DNA of 64,000 nucleotides from Octopus sinensis (Eukaryota). The notes below the pieces were generated by a model. It saw only the letters and a program-made list of their open reading frames with translations, had not been told where the DNA came from and searched no databases. Of this stretch, positions 1 to 13,594 are shown piece by piece; the stretch's first letter is position 1, and every line of letters begins with the position of its first letter. The translations under genes and the position numbers were made by a program. Where the stretch lies: positions 8,432,001 to 8,496,000 of the forward strand of contig NC_043014.1 in NCBI RefSeq assembly GCF_006345805.1, given 5' to 3'.

Positions 1-1
1 A

Positions 2-529
2 CTTACACAGACATACATAGAAGCCCACAACATACCCCTACCCCCTTCTGATTCCTCAGAAATTTCGTCGGAAGACGAAACCAGTGAGGAATGGCAAATA
101 GCTACAAAAAGAAGGAAAATAAAGAGCAGAAACACAACCAAACCAAATGCAAACACGAACAAAGCAGGGGGAAATACATCTCCCGAAGACATTTCAAAAC
201 CCAACGCAAACAACAGCCACACCAACACCACAAAAACATATACAGCAAACATGCTCACAGCCATAGACACCAAAAACACAAATTTGATGGAATACATCCA
301 ATCAAAAACAAACATAACAGAAGATGACATAAAAACAAACAATCACCCATACACAACACCACCAGACCACATCAAAATATTACACATCTCCAAAAGTCTG
401 CACCACACACTCAAAGGCATTTTCCCCAGTGCGGTTGGTAAATGCCAAAAATATCTCACAAAGAAACTGTACTGGGATCTTCTAGAGGACAAACCAACGG
501 AGGAGAAAGCAAAAACTTTCGAGCAGTAA
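2..529 (+). CDS. 3' part of LINE ORF1 (low-complexity C-terminal region), 5'-truncated by the window edge
   Basis: The frame of ORF 251..529 is open from base 2 (LTQTYIEAHNIPLPPSDSSEISSEDETSEEWQIATKRRKIKS...). It stops 31 bp before the APE start, the position expected for ORF1 of an L1/Tx1 element. Confidence 0.6.
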   Translation, partial: LTQTYIEAHNIPLPPSDSSEISSEDETSEEWQIATKRRKIKSRNTTKPNANTNKAGGNTSPEDISKPNANNSHTNTTKTYTANMLTAIDTKNTNLMEYIQSKTNITEDDIKTNNHPYTTPPDHIKILHISKSLHHTLKGIFPSAVGKCQKYLTKKLYWDLLEDKPTEEKAKTFEQ

Positions 530-560
530 GTAACCCTCTGTATTCTAATTCATTAGAACT

Positions 561-3500
561 ATGATCAAGATTGGTTGTGTAAATGCGCGTGGCTTGGTGT
601 CCCCTTGGAAACAAGGGTACCTCTTAAATGACATAAAGTCACATAAGTTAGAAATCATAGCCATAAGCGAGACCAGACTCCACAATCCGCGGGCCCTAAA
701 GACCATGTTTGGCGGACAGTTCAACATTTATTTTTCCCCCTGTCTGCCGAGAATGGGCGGTAGTGGTACCGCGGTACTTTTTCACAAGAGTCTGGATCTC
801 AAAGTAAGGACAATATTCGTAGACCCGGAGGGTAGACTGGTCGTCCTGGATGTCGACGGCAGCAATGGGTGCGCTTTTCGACTCGTATCAGTTTACGCAC
901 CGCCCTTAACAGGTCGGGCGTATTTCTTTCAACGTCTAGAAGTTTTCTTGGGAACGTCTCGTCCTTTACTCTTAGTGGGGGATTGGAATGCTACCTTGGA
1001 CACGCATGTAGACTACGTGGTAGAGATAGGAATAGACGGGGATGCAAATGCCTCAGAGACCTGCTCAGACGCTTTCAACTGTCTGACAGGTTCCGACTAG
1101 ACCACCCGAATGCGCCAACGTGGACATGGAGCAACCGCATCAGGTCGTCGAGATCGTATCTAGATAGGATACTGTGTAGGACAGTAGATAGAGATAGCAT
1201 AGGATGTCCACAATTCCACATAGTCAGCTACACGGATCACAAACTTGTGACATGTACGCTAGACTTAGGTAAGACACTTAGGCAGGATCCCGGATACTGG
1301 AAACTAAACGCGTCTTTCCCATCGAGACAAGTTTTCAGAGACCGGATTAGCACACTAGTAAAGAGGGCTTTGACGGGAGCCATCATCAACAACAAATGGT
1401 GGTTTGCCCTCAAGAGAGCAGTAAAAGCAGAAGCGATTAGGTACAGCAAAGCACTAGCCATAGATAGAAATAGAGTAGAGGGTGAGCTAGTTAAGAAGCT
1501 AGAAGAGGCAATTAGAAGCGGCATCGCATCCGACGTTTTGGCGGCGAGGTTGGCCCTCGACCAACACTTCAACGCCAAACACGAAGGATGTGCTGTCAGA
1601 GCTAGGATGCGTGCTCTAAGGAACGAAGGTGTTGGAGCCGGGTGGCAGAGGCGCAACAGGGCAACAAAGCCACCATTCGGTCACTGGTAGATGAACAGGG
1701 GCGCGAATTGCTCGAGCCAAGTAAAATGTGTGAGGCCTTTCAGCAGCATTTTGCCCGACTGTTCGGAACGAGTGGAGGGCAAGAACGTAGGGTGGACTTC
1801 AGTGCCTACCTACATAGCCTACCACGACTCTCGACAAGAAAGGCAGGGTGCTGCGAAGGTGCCATCACGGCGGCGGAAGTGCGGGAAGCGATGGCAGAAT
1901 GCTCGAGGGACAAATCACCGGGTTTGGATGGTCTACCCTACGAGCTTTACAATTGTATGCCAGACTTGTTTGGAGATCTCTTGGCGGCGGTGTACTGCAA
2001 CTGGCAGCAAAACGGGAGCATTCCTGGTTTTGTGAGCCGAGGAGCCGTAACACTGCTGAAGAAAGATCTAAACAAGGGAAATGTAATAGATAACTTTAGG
2101 CCCATCACTCTGCTTAATGCAGACTTGAAAATTTTGGCCAAGGTGCTAGCCAAGAGGTTGGCGCTTGTCATCGAGAAACTGGTCGACAAGGCGCAAACAT
2201 GCGCCGTGCCAGGCCGGACCATCCATGACAACCTCCACCTGATGCGCTACATCATAGACAGGGTAGTTAACGAACCTGGCATGGGTGGGGCGCTGATCAA
2301 TTTGGATCAATCGAAAGCTTTCGATAGGGTGGACCATCGATACTTGGAGGCGGTCCTCGGAGCGGCTGGCTTCGGTCCCGTCTTCCGCGGCTGGATAGCC
2401 GCTTTGTACAGAGGCATCCGTTCGGTAATTCGCGTGAATGGACATCTATCGAGACCCTTCGACATCGCACGTTCGGTCCGTCAGGGATGCCCCCTCTCGG
2501 CGCTTCTATACGTATTGACTCTCGAGCCATTATTGCGGAAGCTGGCAACCTTGAGAGGCATCCCGCGAGAACTGGGATGCGGGACGAGCGTGTCTGCATA
2601 CGCGGACGACGTCACCGTCATAGTGTCTAGCCACGAGCACATCGAGCAGGTCGGCGAGACACTGAAAAACTACGAAGCGGTGACAGGAGCGAAAATCAAC
2701 CGGGAAAAGTCAGTGGGCTTGCGACTAGGCACCTGGAGAAGCAAGCCCATGCCGTCCACCAGCGCCTCCGTCGTGGGACGCTGGACCGACGGCCCGGTTG
2801 AGTTGCTCGGGGTCTGGTTTGGTCCGGACCTCCAAGTGGAGAAGAACTGGAACGAGATAACGAGTAGGGTGGTCACTCTCGCCCGGCAATGGGCCGAGAG
2901 GAAACTGTCCCTAAAAGGTCGGGCGGAGGTGGCGAACACGTACATCGCGTCCGTCATCTACTACCGCCTGACCGTCGTACCTTGTCCCGACCCTACCATC
3001 ACCAAACTACAACGCATTCTCTTTCGCTTCTTGTGGAAAGGATGCGTCCCGATGGTCAGGCGATCCATTTGCTGTCAACACCCGTTAAAAGGAGGGCTGG
3101 GCATGCCGTGGTTGATGATGCGCAGACACGCGCTGAGACTGCGACATCTCTGGCTCTATGTAGACGACGGTGAACAGGCGTGGTCGCCGTTTGTGAGGCA
3201 CGCTTTCCCGCAGCTCGTCTCCATGACCGAACTGCAGTCGTGGATCAAAAAGAGGCCGAAGAAGGGCAAATGGCATCGCGAGTGTCGCGTTGCTCTCAAG
3301 CAACTCTGCCGTCCTGGGTCGACCTTGAGTGACTTCAACACAACCAAAGCATTCTATAGGGGTTTAGTGGAGGGGGGGTACGACGACGAGCTCGGGGCGA
3401 ACCTGGACGTCGACGAGGAGTACCTCACCCGCCTGTTCAGGACGACTTTCGGGCCAGGGCCCATGGACAACTTCCAGAGATCCCTGGCCTGGCAGTGCTA

Positions 3501-3984
3501 CCGAGAAGCGCTACCCGTTCGGGATAAGCTCTACAGACACGGCTCGAGAAACACGGGGCCGACCTGCCCGAGATGCGGTCAGAGCGACGAAACCGTTCTG
3601 CACGCACTCGTGCAGTGTCCAACACTTTCCGACCTGTGGGCTTATGTCGAACAACTGCTGTCACGTGTGGGACGAGTCGGTTTATCAGCTGAATCTATCG
3701 TTAATATTGTCACGCCTCCCTCCTTCAAACGGGAAGGAAGAGCTATTTTCATCATCCTTGTGGCTATGGCGAAAGAATGTATCTGGTGGACGCGTCTGAA
3801 AGGATTGGAGACCAACACTTTCCTCTCTGGTCAATCTCTCATCAACTTCTTCAAGTACCACTTGAAAAGGAAAGTGAGAGTAGAGAGGCAAGTTTTGTCT
3901 AGCGAATGTTTTAAAAAAAGATGGGTGAATGTAGCAAGAATGGCACGTATGAATGACGAAGCCACCTTGAGCATGATCCTATGA
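561..3984 (+). pseudogene. Tx1/L1-clade non-LTR retrotransposon ORF2 (AP endonuclease + reverse transcriptase + zinc knuckle) with two frameshifts
   Basis: APE motifs GCVNARGL, AISETR, LVGDWNA, SYLDRI, SYTDH. RT motifs KSPGLDGLP, FRPITLLNADLKILAK, LDQSKAFDRV, RQGCPLS, YADD. C-terminal CPRCGQSDETVLHALVQC. Split over ORFs 561-1100, 869-1690 and 1642-3984, with frame changes near 1019 and 1640. Confidence 0.93.
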
Positions 3985-4385
3985 ACCCAGAAATTGAAAA
4001 CAGAGAGTTGCTTATTGCAAAAAAAAAAAAAAAAAAAGAAATATAACATGTGACTCCATTGACCGAGGTTACCGTGGTCTTTTCCGTAGGCTTTTCTTTC
4101 CACGGGTAAACCTCACCTGTCCTCCCCTTTACACTTCATATTGACATTTCTGTGATAACGATCCCTATTGATCAATTTTTTTTTTTTTTCTCTTTTTTTT
4201 CTTCCTCTCCCCCTTTTTTTTAACCCCCCTTTTTTGTCCTCTTTCTCTCCTTTTACGATCCCTTTTGATCGAAACTCCCCCTTCCTATTTTTTCTTTTTT
4301 TTTTTTTTTTTAAACCTTCAAAAGAAAAGCTCTACCTTGTAATTTGTTCTATCTGTGTGCAGCCCTGTGTGGCTAATAAAGAAAC

Positions 4386-5043
<658 letters not shown>

Positions 5044-5527
5044 AGGCAGAAAATGAAACAGAATAGGAAATTGAAGTGGAGAGATAGAAGATAGAAAGGA
5101 AGTATGCCCTTACTATCTTTTACATCAACGTCTTTCTCAGTTCCTTCATATCTATCTATTACCTGTCCATTCTTCCTCTTTACACGTGTTTCACTCTCTC
5201 TCTCTCTCTCTCTCTCCTTCTCTTTATAACCATCTACTTTCTTTTTTATACATATATTTGTTTCCCCCCCTTTATGATAATTTTTTAAAAATTCACATCC
5301 CCCCGTCTCTTTTACGCTTTCCTCTTTATTTCTCCTCCCCTTCCTCTTTCCACTACTTTTTTCTTTCTTTTTTTTTTCGAAAAATTCAACCGTATCCCCT
5401 TTTTCACACTTCAGTTATTCTCTCATCGTCTCACTTTTACACCGTCTCTTAATATTCAAACATGTGATTTCGTGAAGTGTGTCTGTGTGTGGTGTGTGTG
5501 TGTGTGTGTGTGAGAGCAGAAGGAGAA

Positions 5528-5558
<31 letters not shown>

Positions 5559-6249
5559 TCAAAAGGAGAGATGAATATTTTAATTTGGGAATCAGTGAGG
5601 AACAGCTATAAAGAAAGCGTGTAAACATTAATTTTAACGCAGAGATCAATGTAAATATAATAAATTATCGAATTGAAATAAGGCCGTTTTAATCACAGGT
5701 GTTTCTAGTAACCATTTCCACCGCCACCCTTTCCTTTCAACCACATGAAAGCGAGGGAGCCTGGCTTCTGGTTGAATGGCTATTTTTAGCAGTCGAACGA
5801 CCTGTTAAGAAATAGCAGCCAAATCTCCTTCAATTCACATTAACATTTTCTTTTCTTGTTTATTTTTTTTTTGTTTTTCTTTTTTTTTAAAGGGAAGTAT
5901 TCAGTGATAGAATACTGTCCAAACGAAAGACAGGGTGGTCACATCCAGAATATCATACACTTATAATTTCCATCATCACCACCGTTAGCGCGAATACGCA
6001 CTACTACCGTTGCCTTCGCATGACCTGCTAAAAATAGCAGCAGAATCTTCCATCTTCACCAGTTAAGTAAAGAATAAACTAGACAGTATAGTCCCTTATG
6101 TCCATACACTATGCTGGAAAGAGCAAGACCGGAACGTCTTTCATCAAAGGTCGCTCGATGAAGGCTGATTTGGGGGCTAAGCAACTACAACAGCAATTAT
6201 GCTATGACCGATAATTCTAATCTTCGATTATTGTTACAATGTAAACGTT

Positions 6250-6361
6250 CACCACATCCACCAACACCGCCCACGCCAGAAATTAAACCATCAGTTCTAC
6301 AGCCACCACAACTATCATCACCTTGACAAGCAATTATCATCATTAAAATTACCTGTCTCAC

Positions 6362-6397
<36 letters not shown>

Positions 6398-6670
6398 ACA
6401 TACACATACACACTACCATCTCCACCACCACCACCGTCATCAATATTAATATCCTCCACTACCCACCGCAACCATCAGTTTTATCCTTGCAACCACCACC
6501 ACCACCATCACCACTTCGAATAACACAACCACCATCGTCACCACCACCACCACCACCACCTCCACTAACAACAACAACAAAAACACACCAACACCACCAT
6601 ACCATTCTCGACATGGTGGCCACCACTATATACCCTCATATATGCCATCATCATTACTACACACACACAT
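6250..6670. repeat. (CA)n and degenerate (CAC/CAT)n low-complexity tract
   Basis: Read directly from the sequence. Confidence 0.85.
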
Positions 6671-6811
6671 AGATACATACATACATATGTGTGAGTGTAT
6701 ATGTATGTATGATCATATCTATCTATCTGTATGCATGTATGCGTGTGTGTATAATTATGTACATGTATAGACATGTATATTCTCTTATATACACATATAT
6801 ATACATATATA

Positions 6812-6855
<44 letters not shown>

Positions 6856-6872
6856 ACTACATACATATATAC

Positions 6873-6904
<32 letters not shown>

Positions 6905-7034
6905 GATAATCATGTGTGTGCATATATCTATAAATATATATATATATATAATATATATAATATATATTGTATATATATATGTATGTATATATAAAACTAT
7001 CATGTGTTTGCATATATATATATATATATATATA

Positions 7035-7070
<36 letters not shown>

Positions 7071-7124
7071 ACATGAATACACATGTATGTATACTTGCAT
7101 TTCTCCCCCACCTCTCACTCTCTT

Positions 7125-7158
<34 letters not shown>

Positions 7159-7182
7159 ATATATATATATATATTATATATG

Positions 7183-7247
<65 letters not shown>

Positions 7248-7676
7248 CTGAGTGTATACATACATACGTATGTATAATTATATCTATCTATCTGTCTATA
7301 TGTCTATCTGTCTGTATAATTATATATATACATGTATATATCTCTTTCTATACACACACACATATATATAGTTGTATAGTTATATGCATGTATGTATAAT
7401 TGTACATATATATATATATGTGTGTGTGTGTGTAATTAAATAAATATATATTATATATAATTACATCAATAATTATGTATGTATATACATACATATATAT
7501 ATATATATTTGTATATAAAATTATCATGTGTGCATATATTTATATATATATACATACATGCATACACATGTGTATATACTTGCATCACTCCCCCCCCTTC
7601 TCGCTCTATTTATATATACAAAATGTGCATGTATATATATATATATATTTGTATATAAAATTATCATGTATCCATA

Positions 7677-7720
<44 letters not shown>

Positions 7721-7828
7721 CATGCATTCACTTGTATATACACTTGCATTACTGCCCCCTTCTCGCTCTATATATATATTTAAAGAAAAAGTGCATGTAT
7801 ATATACATATATAGTTGAGTGTATTCAT

Positions 7829-7875
<47 letters not shown>

Positions 7876-7930
7876 ATATTATATATATATATGTATGTAT
7901 ATATATATATACACTGACGTATATATACTC
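6670..7930. repeat. Degenerate (TA)n/(TG)n microsatellite field
   Basis: Read directly; source of the spurious poly-IY ORFs. Confidence 0.9.
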
Positions 7931-8114
7931 GCTTGGCAAAGCACACGATGACTACTATAACTGCCAGCAACAGCAGACGATGGATCACGTCACCAGAGTC
8001 TACTGTACTATACTACAGCGCTGGCGTAGAGCGAGCAGTGAACCGCCGCCATTAGTCCTGCCACACTCACAACAAACAGCTTCACCGCAGCCTCACACCT
8101 TTCTTCCTCCAGCC
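7910..8114 (+). promoter_or_regulatory. Putative promoter/5' UTR of the NSF-like gene
   Basis: Unique CpG-containing island amid TA repeats. It has TCACGTCA (7985-7992, CRE/E-box-like), a YY1-like CCGCCATT (~8046-8053), and a pyrimidine run leading to GCCATG at 8112-8117. Confidence 0.5.
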
Positions 8115-8123
8115 ATGTCTAAG
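8115..8123 (+). CDS. NSF: NSF-like gene, putative coding exon 1 (M-S-K)
   Basis: ccagccATGTCTAAG|gtcagt: good Kozak context and a phase-0 donor matching the phase-0 start of the next exon. Only 9 nt, so the assignment is inferred. Confidence 0.62.
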
Positions 8124-8499
8124 GTCAGTGTCGACAATTTTCACAACATCCCTTTCATCTATTTACTCTTCGTGGACGGAACTTCGTCCGTGACATCTAT
8201 TTGATAAGGGACGATCGAAGGAAATTTCCCTTGTGGGTTAAATTAATTTCCCTTCCTTCCGTCGTTGTTCGGAAATATGGAAAGGGTTTTTGAAATGTAG
8301 ATGCGATGTCAATTACTCCTTTCCGTTAATTATTATTAATTATTTAATTACTTAATTATTTAATTTTACCACTTCACTTTTGTTTTTGTTTATTTGTGAT
8401 TTCCGAAATCAGGGGGGTGTGATGGATTTCTCGGATCTTTTCTGGGGTTTACTGGGGGGAATTTGGTTTGCTCTTCACTCATTTAATATACACCGTGTT

Positions 8500-8559
<60 letters not shown>

Positions 8560-8640
8560 AGTATGTATGTACATACGTGTGTGTATTATATATATATGTG
8601 TGTGTATAAATATATATACTGAAGGTATATATATATATAG

Positions 8641-8706
8641 CTACGCTGTAAGGCCATACCCTTTATGAGCGAGAAAGCCAGGGTAATACCATAAATCGGC
8701 CTCCCT

Positions 8707-8759
<53 letters not shown>

Positions 8760-8854
8760 CCTGCTCATTTGAAGGGGCTAAAACAATGCGAAGCGCATTG
8801 TGACCAGCGATGTGTAGCATCATCTGATAGCCTGGTCGGTCACGGTGATCACGG

Positions 8855-8855
<1 letters not shown>
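8641..8855 (+). mobile_element. SINE/LINE 3' tail fragment ending (CACGGTGAT)n, embedded in (TA)n
   Basis: The tail is near-identical to the reverse complement of 18786-18850. Confidence 0.7.
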
Positions 8856-8859
<4 letters not shown>

Positions 8860-8897
<38 letters not shown>

Positions 8898-8974
8898 CAT
8901 GTATGTATATATATATATGTATATATATATTTGCATGTATGTATATATATATATGTATATATATATATATTTGC

Positions 8975-9005
<31 letters not shown>

Positions 9006-9196
9006 TTGCATGTATGTATATATATATATGTATATATATATTTGCTTGTATGTATATATATGTATATATATATTGCTTGTATGTATATATATGTATATAA
9101 TATATATATATATTTGCATGTATATATATATATGTATATAATATATATATATATTTGCATGTATATATATATATGTATATAATATTTGCATGTATG

Positions 9197-9261
<65 letters not shown>

Positions 9262-9280
9262 TATGTATATATATGATGCT
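8860..9280. repeat. TA-rich higher-order repeat (TTTGCATGTATG(TA)n units)
   Basis: TTGCATGTA recurs every ~30-40 bp. Confidence 0.8.
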
Positions 9281-9750
9281 TTTATGTAAAGTTTATATAC
9301 AAATAGATGAACATCAAACTGAAGAATCGCTTAATACTTTTTTTTAACTGAGTGCCATATTTATCAGTTTCTACAAAGGAAAGGTTGACAGGGACTTCGA
9401 AGTTTCGACTCACACACACACATTTACATCTATTCTGTCTCTACGTTTACACATGACACGTGTTGTTTGTGTATAATGTACCTCCTATTATGTTCAGTGA
9501 ACGACCGAATCGTCTGAATGCAGCCTCTGTCGGTAAACTGTCATTTGCTATGCGATCAACTTGCCTGCCTACTCTTCGATTCATGGTGTTAGTAGTGCCC
9601 GAGTATTCCTCAGACATCCGTACTCGTAACGTATTCGTCTAGCAAAATTAGTGTGACACGATGTGTGACGAAGCTAGTTCCTATGAATTTTCAATTAAAA
9701 ATTACAGCTCCCATCTGATGGATTTATATATACACACTGCGTATACAATA

Positions 9751-10137
9751 GGCGGTGAGCTTGGCAGAAACGTTAGCACGTCGGGAGAAATGCTTAGCGG
9801 TGTTTCGGCTGTCGTTACGTTCTGAGTTCAAATTCCGCCGAGGTCGACTTTGCCTTTCATCCTTTCGGGGTCGATTAAATAAAGTACCAATTACGCACTG
9901 GGGTCGATGTAATCGACTTAATACCTCTGTCTGTCCTTGTTTGTTCCTTCTATGTTTAGCCCCTTGTGGGCAATAAAGAAATGGGTATTTCGTCTGTCTT
10001 TACGTTCTGAGTTCAAATTTCGACGAGGTTGACTTTGCCTTTCGATAAATTAAGTACCAGTTGCGTACTAGACTCGATCTTATCGACTGGGCCCCTCCCC
10101 CAAAATTTCGGGCCTTGTGCCTAGTGTAGAAAAGAAT
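9751..10137 (+). mobile_element. SINE family B dimer (tRNA-like head + two body units with different tails)
   Basis: GGCGGTGAGCTTGGCAGAA head and GAGTTCAAATTCC B-box-like motif; second unit joins at GGTATTTCG (9984). Confidence 0.85.
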
Positions 10138-10584
10138 AGTGCCTACACAACTTCACTCACAGTGGTATCGGACGAAAAAAACTCGTGATTGCGAAACGAA
10201 CCTCTTAACCTCTCGGCTATTTACATAACACACACACACTTGTATGTATGTTTATATATGTGCGTATGTGTATTCAGTAGACGCCCCTCTGTCCATTTCC
10301 ATTCAACATTATCTTCATTGCAACACACACACACATACAACTGCTTGAATTATTCAATTCTAATATATCGATAAATTTTCTTACAATATCAATGACAATA
10401 TATATATATATATATATGCACACAAAGACACACACCTCCAGAGAGATAAATGTAAACAGAATCCAAGACTCCTACGTCAACGTATCAAACATACATTCGA
10501 TATATATATAGAACACACCTCCTTTTATTTTACATTTTACAAATAACCAAACACACAGACATTTGTGTGTACAGCGTATATATA

Positions 10585-10628
<44 letters not shown>

Positions 10629-10819
10629 TATGCACAAATGTATATAAAAAAGGAACGTCTAGTAGACACTTGGTTTGCTAGAAATAATTATCATGTTGCT
10701 CCTAAATTCAACTTTCTTAAAAACAGGTCAGTTATATTGGGTAATATTGTGATAGGTACAGTAATTCTTGGAATTAAGTTCGGATTGTCATAACTGGTAT
10801 GCTTTTGTGTGTGTGTGCG

Positions 10820-10886
<67 letters not shown>

Positions 10887-11140
10887 TTCGAAACGTAGAG
10901 TAGATGAAACCATGGCGACTGAAGAAGGTTTTTTTTCCCTTGTGTTAATTGTCCTGTACTCTATATTTTTGTTGTTTAAGAAAAATGTCCAGTTCCTTGG
11001 GTTTGTGTCTATGTTTTCGTTTCTCATTGTGTTCGACGTTTTTTTTTTGGTGTCCTGTATTCATATATGCGTGTATATATACATTTAGAGGTAGGCACGT
11101 ACATATATGTATATATATATATATGCATATGTTTTATTTA

Positions 11141-11176
<36 letters not shown>

Positions 11177-11759
11177 CTATCAGGGCTAACTTAAGGCTTA
11201 ACAACAACAATAAGAACAACAGTGAATAACACGAGCAAGATTAGGGAACGTCTATACAGTCGTTCCACCTGTTAGAAATGACAGCTAAATCTCTCTTTAA
11301 TTATACTTCGTAGAAATGACAGTTAAAGTCTCCGTTAGATTCTAGTCCAATTTTTAAAATAGAGATACTGTCGATAAAATAGTCCTGGCTGGTCTGGAAA
11401 AGACGGAATGCCACGGCTGGAATACACTGGAGCATAAATCTACTCGATTAGGTTTGACTTGGAGCTAAACAACTTATACATTGATATACAGATCTCTTTT
11501 ATACACACATATATTATCATCTATTTAAAGATATCTCTCTCTTGCTCACTCACTCACTCATCTACACAAACACTCGTAACACCGTGGGGTTGTAAACCCT
11601 TTCAGTTTTACCTAAACGACAGGGCCAACGTTTATAAAACAAAACATTTTACTTCAGAACAGAATTGTCTGATGTGGATAATGCTGATGCTAGAAATGAA
11701 CGTTAACAGTCTCTTTTTATTAGATTTATCAATATCGTTTTCATGACGATGAATGATTG

Positions 11760-12120
11760 AAATGTCATACATTATGTAACCCCACCCACTGTCTCACGTC
11801 TTGGTTTTTACGCTTCACACCGTTCCTTGGGATTACATAGAGAGTATTTTGCGTAGGATATGAGCAGTTCCCATAAGCACTATCTTTTGAATTTCTGCCA
11901 TTTTGGGGTTTCCTGGTATCTGAGTTAGGTAGCAATCAGCCCCTTTCGCTATCATTCCCAGGGCACCTATGACAACAGTTATTGTTTTAGTCTTCAGGTT
12001 CCACATTTTGCTGATTTCTATTTCAAGATCTTTATATTTGCTCAGTTTTTGGTAGGTCTTGACAGATACGTTTATATCGATTGGGACAGTCATATCAATG
12101 AGGAGGCATTATTATTATTA
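11760..12120 (-). mobile_element. 3' relic of an RLE-type (R4/Dong-like) non-LTR retrotransposon
   Basis: ORF 11833-12093: IDINV..KLSKYKDLEIEISKMW..VVIGALG..IQKIVLMGTAHILRK, the restriction-like endonuclease C-terminus typical of R4-clade elements. Confidence 0.75.
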
Positions 12121-12807
12121 TTAAGGTGACGAGTTGGCAGCATCATTAGATGCCAAGCGAAATTTTTTGCAGTATTTCATCTGTCTCTATGCTCTGAGTT
12201 TCTAATTCTTTGCCTTTCATCTTTTTGTGATTGATTAAATCTGTACCAGCTGAGCACTGAGGTTGATGTAATTGACTTTACTCACTCCATCAAAATTGCT
12301 GACCTTGGGCCAAAATTTGAAACCATTATTATTATTGAAGCAGCGAGTTAGCAGAATCATTAGCACATCGCACACAAAATACTTAGCAGTATTTCTTTTG
12401 ATTCTTTACTTTCAGAGTTCAGATTCTGTCGGGGTCAACTTCGCCTTTCATCCTTTCAGGGTTGATAAAATAGGCATTCTTTTAGAACTGTGGTCAATGT
12501 AATCAACTAACGACTTCCTCCCAAATTTCAAATAGAAAGAATTATCATTAAGAAGGGGGTGAAATGACTGAAATAAAGGATTTCTGGATTGATCACCCGG
12601 CTATACTTCATTATATCTTACAACACGGGAAATTTATATCCTTAGGAGAGTTGACATAGCCTCACATCCTACAGGGAATAACAATATCAGTAAAATATAT
12701 GAGTGGATGGAGCTCAGGATTTTGGGTTGACATTATCCATCTCCAGTGGTTATATTCTTTTCAGTAGATGTGTGTGTGTGTGTATCACGATTTATATATA
12801 TATATAT

Positions 12808-13260
12808 CATCATCATCATCATCATCATCATTTAGCGTCCGTTTTCCATGCTAGCATGGGGGGACGGTTCAACTGGGGTCTGGGGAGCCCGAAGGCTGCA
12901 CCAGGCCAGTCAGATCTGGCAGTGTTTCTACAGCTGATGCCCTTCCTAACGCCAACCACTCCGAGAGGTAGTGGGTGATTTATGTGCCACGCCACCGACA
13001 CAGGTGCCAGACGAGGCTGGCGAACGGCCACGCTCGGATGGTGTTTTTATGTGCCACCACCGACACAGGTGCCAGACGAGGCTGGCAGACGGCCACGCTC
13101 GGATGGTTTTTATGTGCCACCGACACAGGTGCCAGACGAGGCTGGCAGGTGCCAGACGAGGCTGGCAGACGGCCACGCTCGGATGGTGTTTTTATGTGCC
13201 ACCGACACAGGTGCCAGATGAGGCTGGCGGACGGCCACGATCGGATGGTGTTTGTACGTC
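12808..13260 (-). mobile_element. Family C retroposon (hairpin minisatellite + GGAAGGGCATCCAGC body + (GAT)n tail)
   Basis: (CAT)n at the left end, conserved ~150-bp body, then 45-65-bp GTGCCACCGACAC repeats. Confidence 0.85.
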
Positions 13261-13416
13261 CCCAAAGCACGGATATATATAGAAATTCGGGGTGAGTACT
13301 TGATAATTATAGCACCTGTGTATACCGTTTGGTGGTGTAGGTGGTGGAGTAAATTGATCAAAATAAAAACATGATGCCAAGGATTCATTGACATCATGTT
13401 TTTATTTTGATCAATT

Positions 13417-13468
<52 letters not shown>

Positions 13469-13594
13469 TATTTGTTATGCAAGATTTTTTATACTAATAC
13501 TATGGAGAGCATCCAGCAAATAGCTAACTCCATCCACCAGAGTATTAAGGTCACAATAGACTACCCCACTAAACACCCCAACCATAGACTACCA

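Larger units (their letters stand above)
1..4385 (+). mobile_element. Tx1/L1-like LINE, near full length
   Basis: ORF1 tail, ORF2, then a 3' UTR with an A-run (4018-4038) and T-rich tracts, AATAAA at 4375-4380, ending at a (TATC)n array. Confidence 0.85.

Noticed and set aside
6691-9247. Many poly-IY/YI ORFs in the track
   Set aside because: They are translations of (TA)n microsatellites.
12975-13260. CRISPR-like array (palindromic repeat + spacer) in family C minisatellites
   Set aside because: The spacers are homologous to each other, arrays are part of a dispersed TSD-flanked retroposon, there are no cas genes, and the context is eukaryotic.
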